A stretch of 64,000 nucleotides of DNA from Eledone cirrhosa (Eukaryota). Location of the stretch: the NCBI GenBank assembly GCA_964016885.1, contig OZ024749.1, forward strand, positions 24,862,001-24,926,000. Reading direction: 5' to 3'. Every line of letters begins with the position of its first letter. The first letter of the stretch is position 1. Both the position numbers and the translations under genes were made by a program. The notes under the pieces were generated by a model that saw only the letters and a list, made by a program, of their open reading frames with translations, did not search any database and was not told the origin of the DNA. Shown here piece after piece: positions 58,041 to 64,000 of the stretch.

Positions 58041-59940
58041 ACACATATATATACACACACACGCACACACACACACCTCTCACACACACAATGAGATTGA
58101 GTCTGGTAAATACGTTGCAGTATGTGGTAACCCGTATCAGCGACTTAACAAGAAGGATGGGGCGACGGTAGCATATGTTAATGTTGGCTGTGCCACATGT
58201 GTGGCGTATGCGATGAGGTAGATACTGACAGTACGTTGCAATACATATTAGTGATTTACGAACCTTGACGTAGAGAGACGTATGCATACGATGACGTTGT
58301 TCTGATATGAATTTAGAACAAAATAAATAGTACTTAGAAATAAGAGTAAGAAAATATAACCAGTGTTTAAATGATTCTCTCAATCCATTGTCTCATTACT
58401 TATGATATAAAGAGGAGATTTGAAATAAAGTAGTTGTCTCAACGAAAATATCTATATTTATATCCTATCAATGTGAAATTTGACATTTGAAAGACCCTCA
58501 TCCCAACGTATAGTGATTGAATATATGAATAGGTTAATATTATAGACATTTATAGTGGAATGACAAAATTTCGATATTCAATTTTTTTTCCCGTCAGACC
58601 AGAGGAAGGGAACAATGTTTACACTGTTTTTTCCATTGTTTATACTATCTACTGGACGCAACTCCTGTAAGCGGTAGCAAAATGGAATAAGATATTTTGC
58701 TCCAGAATACAACACGTTGTCTGGTCCAGGAATCGAATACATGAACTTATTTATCACAAATTAAAAACGCTAACCTCTACGCCCCACGTACTTCCATATG
58801 TTTTCCAATGTTTCTTCAGTCAACCGGATGTTTATATACAGAGATATTATTCTCCAGAATGATACTAAAATAATCATTAAAATTATTGGAATGCAAACAA
58901 TGTTTATAATTATATAAGATCTTGAGCGCACAAAAAATCTGCAAGATGAAATAAATAATTTAATTAAAGATGCAATGAATACAGAGAAATAAGATTAATA
59001 GTGACAAACAATAGCAGCCTTTACTCTGTTTAGACAGCAAGGCACCGAATTCACGTAAATAAAATTTTCAATTAATATGAAGCTTTACAAATGCATCATA
59101 TTAAATAAATAAATTTCGAGTTAGTTAGACAGATACTAGTATAAAATTTAGTAAATGAAACGAAACATAAAGTTCACAACAGTTCACAAATAAATATTTC
59201 AGATACTTCATAAAGAAATAAAAAAAAAAAAAAAATATATTATATGGAACAATTTGCATTTCTACATTATATGGTTTATTATAAACATAATACCAGTCCA
59301 AAATGACGGGGTTGGTTAATTTCTGAAAAATATTTAATTAAATAGTTACTTCATTACAATATTTTATGTGAGTTTTCTTGAATCTTCCAGACCATTATCA
59401 TTTTGTCACATCAGCTATCGCTATACATTAGTTTACATTCATAGATGTCAATTTCAACAGTTTACTCTAAAAGTTATCAAATCCTGATGCACGGGATTTG
59501 AGACATTCGAGAGTTCAGCATCGAATGACAAGGGGAGGAAATTGTGTATGACTTATTACGTAATGGGGTCAAAGTCGCTGTAGATAATAATAACTTTGGC
59601 TTCATTATACCGAAACTACGTAAGATGACACCTGCAACTTGATAATGTCTGTCTTCCTCATTTGGTGGCTATTGCGGTCAGGTTACGTGTGCCGAGTTTG
59701 GGAAGATGGGTTGTCCGCGTTTGATTTGCTGAATTTGGAGCGGTGAATGCGGTGCAGTTTGGTGTTCGATATTTTGGCCTGTAAAATCTGCCCACAGATT
59801 CTTTCCAGAGATACTCCTACTTGATCTCACTTGGTTATCCAACCACTTTAATTTGAGACGACGGTTAAATCTGATAACAACCGCTGGAAGTAGTGTTTGA
59901 GGATGCTGCCTCAAACGCGCCCTCCCAGGAATATGTGGGC

Positions 59941-60053
59941 GAAGAAGAAGAAGAAGAAGAAGAAGAAGAAGAAGAAGAAGAAGAAGAAGAAGAAGAAGAA
60001 GAAGAAGAAGAAGAAGAAGAAGAAGAAGAAGAAGAAGAAGAAGAAGAAGAAGA
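59941..60053. repeat. Pure (GAA)n microsatellite
   Basis: About 37 uninterrupted GAA units. Confidence 0.97.
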
Positions 60054-60589
60054 AATTCAAAATCGTTGTCCAATTACTTACTTGTTTGAAAGAAGAAAGT
60101 ATCCATGATGGGATGACTATATAAAGATAATATCTTTGATCATAAGACTGCTTGATCAACCAAAAACCTATTAGTTTTTTTTTATATTAGCTCTGATATG
60201 TCGTGGAATACTGTATTTAAATATGCTTCTGTCACCCGACTAGTGAAGCAATACTTTATTATCATAATTACCACCATTAATTTCTTCAGATGTTACAACT
60301 GATGGTAATGTCGTCGATCAAAGTCTGCAAGATGAAAGATGGTATGGGCAAAACAACAACAGCAACAGCAACGAGAATTAAAACAACAGCAACAACAACG
60401 GGAATTACAGCAACAATGACGATATTTACAACAGCAGCAACAACAACAATAATTACAACCACACCAACAACAACAATTATTAAAACAACAGCAGCAACAA
60501 CAATAATAACAAGAAAAACAACAACATCAACAACAACTATTATTACAACAGAAACAACAACAATAACAATGATTTTTAGTATAAGCACA

Positions 60590-60778
60590 AGGGAGGAAAG
60601 GGGAAAGTTGATTAAATCGACCCCAGTACATTACTGGTGCATTAATTTATCGACCCCGTAAGGATGAAAGGCAAAGTTAACCTGGGCAGGATTTGAACTT
60701 AGACCATAAAGGAACGTTATTCTATGCTGCAAAGCATGGCGTCCGACTCTCTACGGATACTGCCAATCCACCACCCTT
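60590..60778 (-). mobile_element. tRNA-derived SINE flanked by (CAA)-rich simple repeats
   Basis: Reverse complement of head, B-box and core. Confidence 0.87.
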
Positions 60779-61035
60779 ACAACAATAACAATAATAACAC
60801 ACAGTAACAACAACAATAATTACAACAACAACAATAGTTACAACAACAGCAACAATAATTACAACAGCAACAACAAATAATTACAACAACAGCAACAACG
60901 TCATTAATAATAACAACAACAACATTAATTACAGCATCGAGTTCTCACCTGGAGGAACCTACAGAATCTTCACGTTACACTTTTTTCCTATTCCAACCCG
61001 CCCGTCCCTTCAATCTATCTCATTTCTCATTCTAT

Positions 61036-61070
61036 CTTCTGATGAAGGACTAGCGTCCGAAACCTTAATA
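61036..61070 (+). ncRNA. Hammerhead core with eroded stems I and III
   Basis: CTGATGA A GGAC TAGC GTCC GAAAC CTTAA. Core and stem II are clear; closing stem I is weak. Confidence 0.45.
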
Positions 61071-61168
61071 CCCTCTTCCTGCAATTTCAAACGTTAAACT
61101 AATATATTCCTTCCATATAGAGTACCGATTGTGTTGTTATTTCTGTTTCCTTTTACATACATATATAT

Positions 61169-61212
<44 letters not shown>

Positions 61213-61214
<2 letters not shown>

Positions 61215-61474
61215 CAAAGGAATTGTGGTAAGGAACCAAATGGACCTTAACACTCAATACTTAGGGTAGTAGAGTGGGAAATAGGAAAAAGTATGACCCC
61301 GGCGGCAGAGCTCGAGCCGTTTCGACGGCTATTTCTGGACTAAATTAGTATTGTAGTTGACAACTACAATCTTCCCATATAAGGAAGTTCTAATTTAGTC
61401 AAAAAATTCTAATTTAGTCCAGAAAAGCCGTCGAAACGGCTTGAGCCCTGCCGTCGGGGTCATACTTTTCCTAT
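61213..61474 (-). mobile_element. Hairpin-headed repeat, copy 3 (diverged, larger loop)
   Basis: Arms 61281-61348 and 61408-61474 are homologous to 20705-20823; tail lies on the left. Confidence 0.8.
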
Positions 61475-61642
61475 TTATATATATATATATATGTCTGTAT
61501 GTATATATATATATGTGTGTATGTATGTATGCATGTGTGTGTATATATATGTATGTATGCATGTATGTATATATATAGAGAGAGAGAAAGAGAGAGAGAG
61601 GGAATGTGTGTGAGAGAGAGAGAGAGAAATAAATAGATAGAT

Positions 61643-61686
<44 letters not shown>

Positions 61687-61732
61687 CTGTGTATGTATGT
61701 GTGTCTGTAGTATGTATTTACACACACACACA

Positions 61733-61795
<63 letters not shown>

Positions 61796-62233
61796 TATAT
61801 ACACATACATACGCTTCGTAATCCGTTTTGGGCTAATACAATACGGCAGTAAGAAAGAAGACATTAAGTAAAATAAATCTATTCCTATCACTAATAAATC
61901 GTATGGGATTGTACCTCGGTGACAAATTGATATGATGTTATAAGGCGATAAAGTTGTGACAGAACACAGTGATTAATATAAAGACCGTAAATCTTAATAA
62001 CTTGGGAATAATATTTGCTATGATATAGCATGAAATATATAAGCATATAATACCGATATTGACATAGAAAATTATATAATTTGTCGTAAAATGTTTCGCA
62101 TAATTTGATAAACATATCATATTAATGTCATTTATTGGTTTTCCGTTTTATTATTTATACATACACGTACAATGTATTTATGTACATATAAGCGTAAATT
62201 ATATCTACCTATCTATCTACCTATATATATATG

Positions 62234-62266
<33 letters not shown>

Positions 62267-62445
62267 ATGTGTGTGTATAAACACATATATATATACATTT
62301 TTATAGGTATATATATATATATAGATATAGATATATATATGTATGTATGTGTGTGTGTGTATACATACATATATATATATATATGTATGTATATGTATAT
62401 ATATACATATATATACTTACATATAAAAATGTATATATATATATA

Positions 62446-62492
<47 letters not shown>

Positions 62493-62599
62493 CGAAAACA
62501 GTACTGTCTCACGTGGTGCTAGGTGCGGGGCGCTTCACAAGAAACTCCGTATATTTAAAAAACACGTGTCATTGTTTTCCTAGAATATTCACTTACCGA

Positions 62600-62791
62600 A
62601 ATAATTGTTTCTACTATTGGCACAAGGGCAGCAATCACCCCAGTGTATTACTGGTACTTTATTTTATCGAGCCCGTAAGGATGAAAGGCAAAGTTAACCT
62701 CGGCGGGGTTTGAACTCAGAATGGCAAGGGCCGTAACTCTATGCGTCAGAGCATGATGTCCGACCCTCTACCGATACTGCCAATTCAACCG
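62600..62791 (-). mobile_element. tRNA-derived SINE
   Basis: Reverse complement of the full family sequence. Confidence 0.88.
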
Positions 62792-63229
62792 AAATACTAC
62801 CTTGAATTCGTATTATTTATATTGACAACATTTCTAAGAGTATCAAGTTTTACATATATGTCAAACGTTTTATAATTGCCTCTCAGATTTATATTCCTCC
62901 CTGTAGGTAACACTCAAGCTTATATCGGTTCCATTCTAACCCATCTCTAGGTTCAAACATTTCATTTCATCGCCGGAGTCAATCGCTCGGATAAACATAA
63001 TCATCACATAACCACATCAAATTATTTCAGCCATGAAAATAGCTCTATTCCGCGGCACAAAATACATAAAAATTAAGATGGTGATATATTATCTTACTTG
63101 AACCTTGGCTGTAAATTCTGATATTTTAAGAGATTTCGCTGAAGCATTCTGCCCAGCGAGCTACCTAATCCAATCTCGATTTAACAATCTGCTACTCATT
63201 AATGACTACTATTATTTTATATGTTTATA

Positions 63230-63385
63230 CTTTTGGCAGAAGGCCAGCAATTACCCAGTGCTTTACTGCTACTTTATTTTATCGACCCCCATATCGATGA
63301 AAAGCTCGGAGGGATTTGAACTCAGATCGTAAAGGGCCATAGGTATGTGCTGCAAAGCATGGTGTCTGACGCTCTACTGATACTG
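63230..63385 (-). mobile_element. SINE with internal deletion
   Basis: TTTATCGACCCC...GGGATTTGAACTCAGATCGTAAAGGG...CTCTACTGATACTG. Confidence 0.78.
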
Positions 63386-63509
63386 TTTATAATTGTGTAT
63401 GTATGTATGTATCAAATGCATGTACCTTTCTATGTATATATATCTGTATATATATCTATATATCTATCTATACATCTAATAATTTATCTCTCTCTCTCTC
63501 TCTCGCGCG

Positions 63510-63544
<35 letters not shown>

Positions 63545-63545
63545 A

Positions 63546-64000
63546 CACGTCACGGGAGTAGCCATGGGTACAAGAATGGGCCCAAACTATGCCAACCTTT
63601 TTGTTGGCAATGTTGAGGCCCAAATCATTGCCCAGTACACCGGCCCCACGTCCGAACTGTACGGTCGTTACATCGACGACTGTATCGGAGCCACGACCCT
63701 CACCCGAGAACAGCTCTACTCCTTTCTCTCCTTCTTCTGCTCCTTCCACCCCTCCCTCCACTTCACCACCTCTATCTCCACCACCCACGTCCACTTCTTA
63801 GACATCTCCGTCGCCTTCGTCCCTCCCACCACTCTCTCGCCACCTCCGCCTTCTTCAAACCCACCGACTCCCACTCCTACCTCGACTTCACCTCTTCCCA
63901 CCCCACACACACTAAACACTCTATTCCCTACTCCCAACTCCTCAGGATCCGCCGCCTCTGTAGCCGAAATGCTGACTTTGAGTCCCAGGCCCTTTCACAA
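63546..64000 (+). mobile_element. 5'-truncated PLE reverse transcriptase (Neptune-like), running off the window end
   Basis: Manual translation GVAMGTRMGPNYANLFVG...YGRYIDD...FHPSLHFT...FLDISV, frameshift near 63835, then FKPTDSHSYLDFTSSHP...SIPYSQLLRIRRLCS. Not in the ORF track. Confidence 0.9.

Noticed and set aside
58091-58260. Possible host exon (NEIESGKYVAVCGNPYQRL...)
   Set aside because: No recognisable domain or clear splice sites; the ORF begins in a microsatellite.
59600-59940. LINE 3' end before the (GAA)n tract
   Set aside because: Plausible from composition, but no RT, RNase H or zinc-knuckle motif could be read with confidence.

Overview
AT-rich, repeat-dominated eukaryotic DNA with no recognisable host protein-coding gene. 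It is most likely animal; the extreme (TA)n/(CA)n load and one very abundant tRNA-derived SINE suggest an octopus/cephalopod, which is an inference. Most called ORFs are microsatellite artefacts. Real content: four Penelope-like element (PLE) copies or fragments (RT and/or GIY-YIG), one 5'-truncated RTE-type LINE, several non-autonomous Helitrons (three head-to-tail), a Helitron Rep-Hel N-terminal relic, about 20 SINE copies, two unrelated 29-bp minisatellites, many fold-back elements inside (TA)n tracts and a 200-N gap. The most notable signal, found by eye and not computationally folded, is about 15 type I hammerhead-ribozyme (HHR) motifs from many unrelated families on both strands. About 11 have an intact CUGANGA/GAAA/NUH core and a closing stem I. 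One pair forms a retrozyme-like 628-bp repeat, and one has a ~90-nt stem II insertion.
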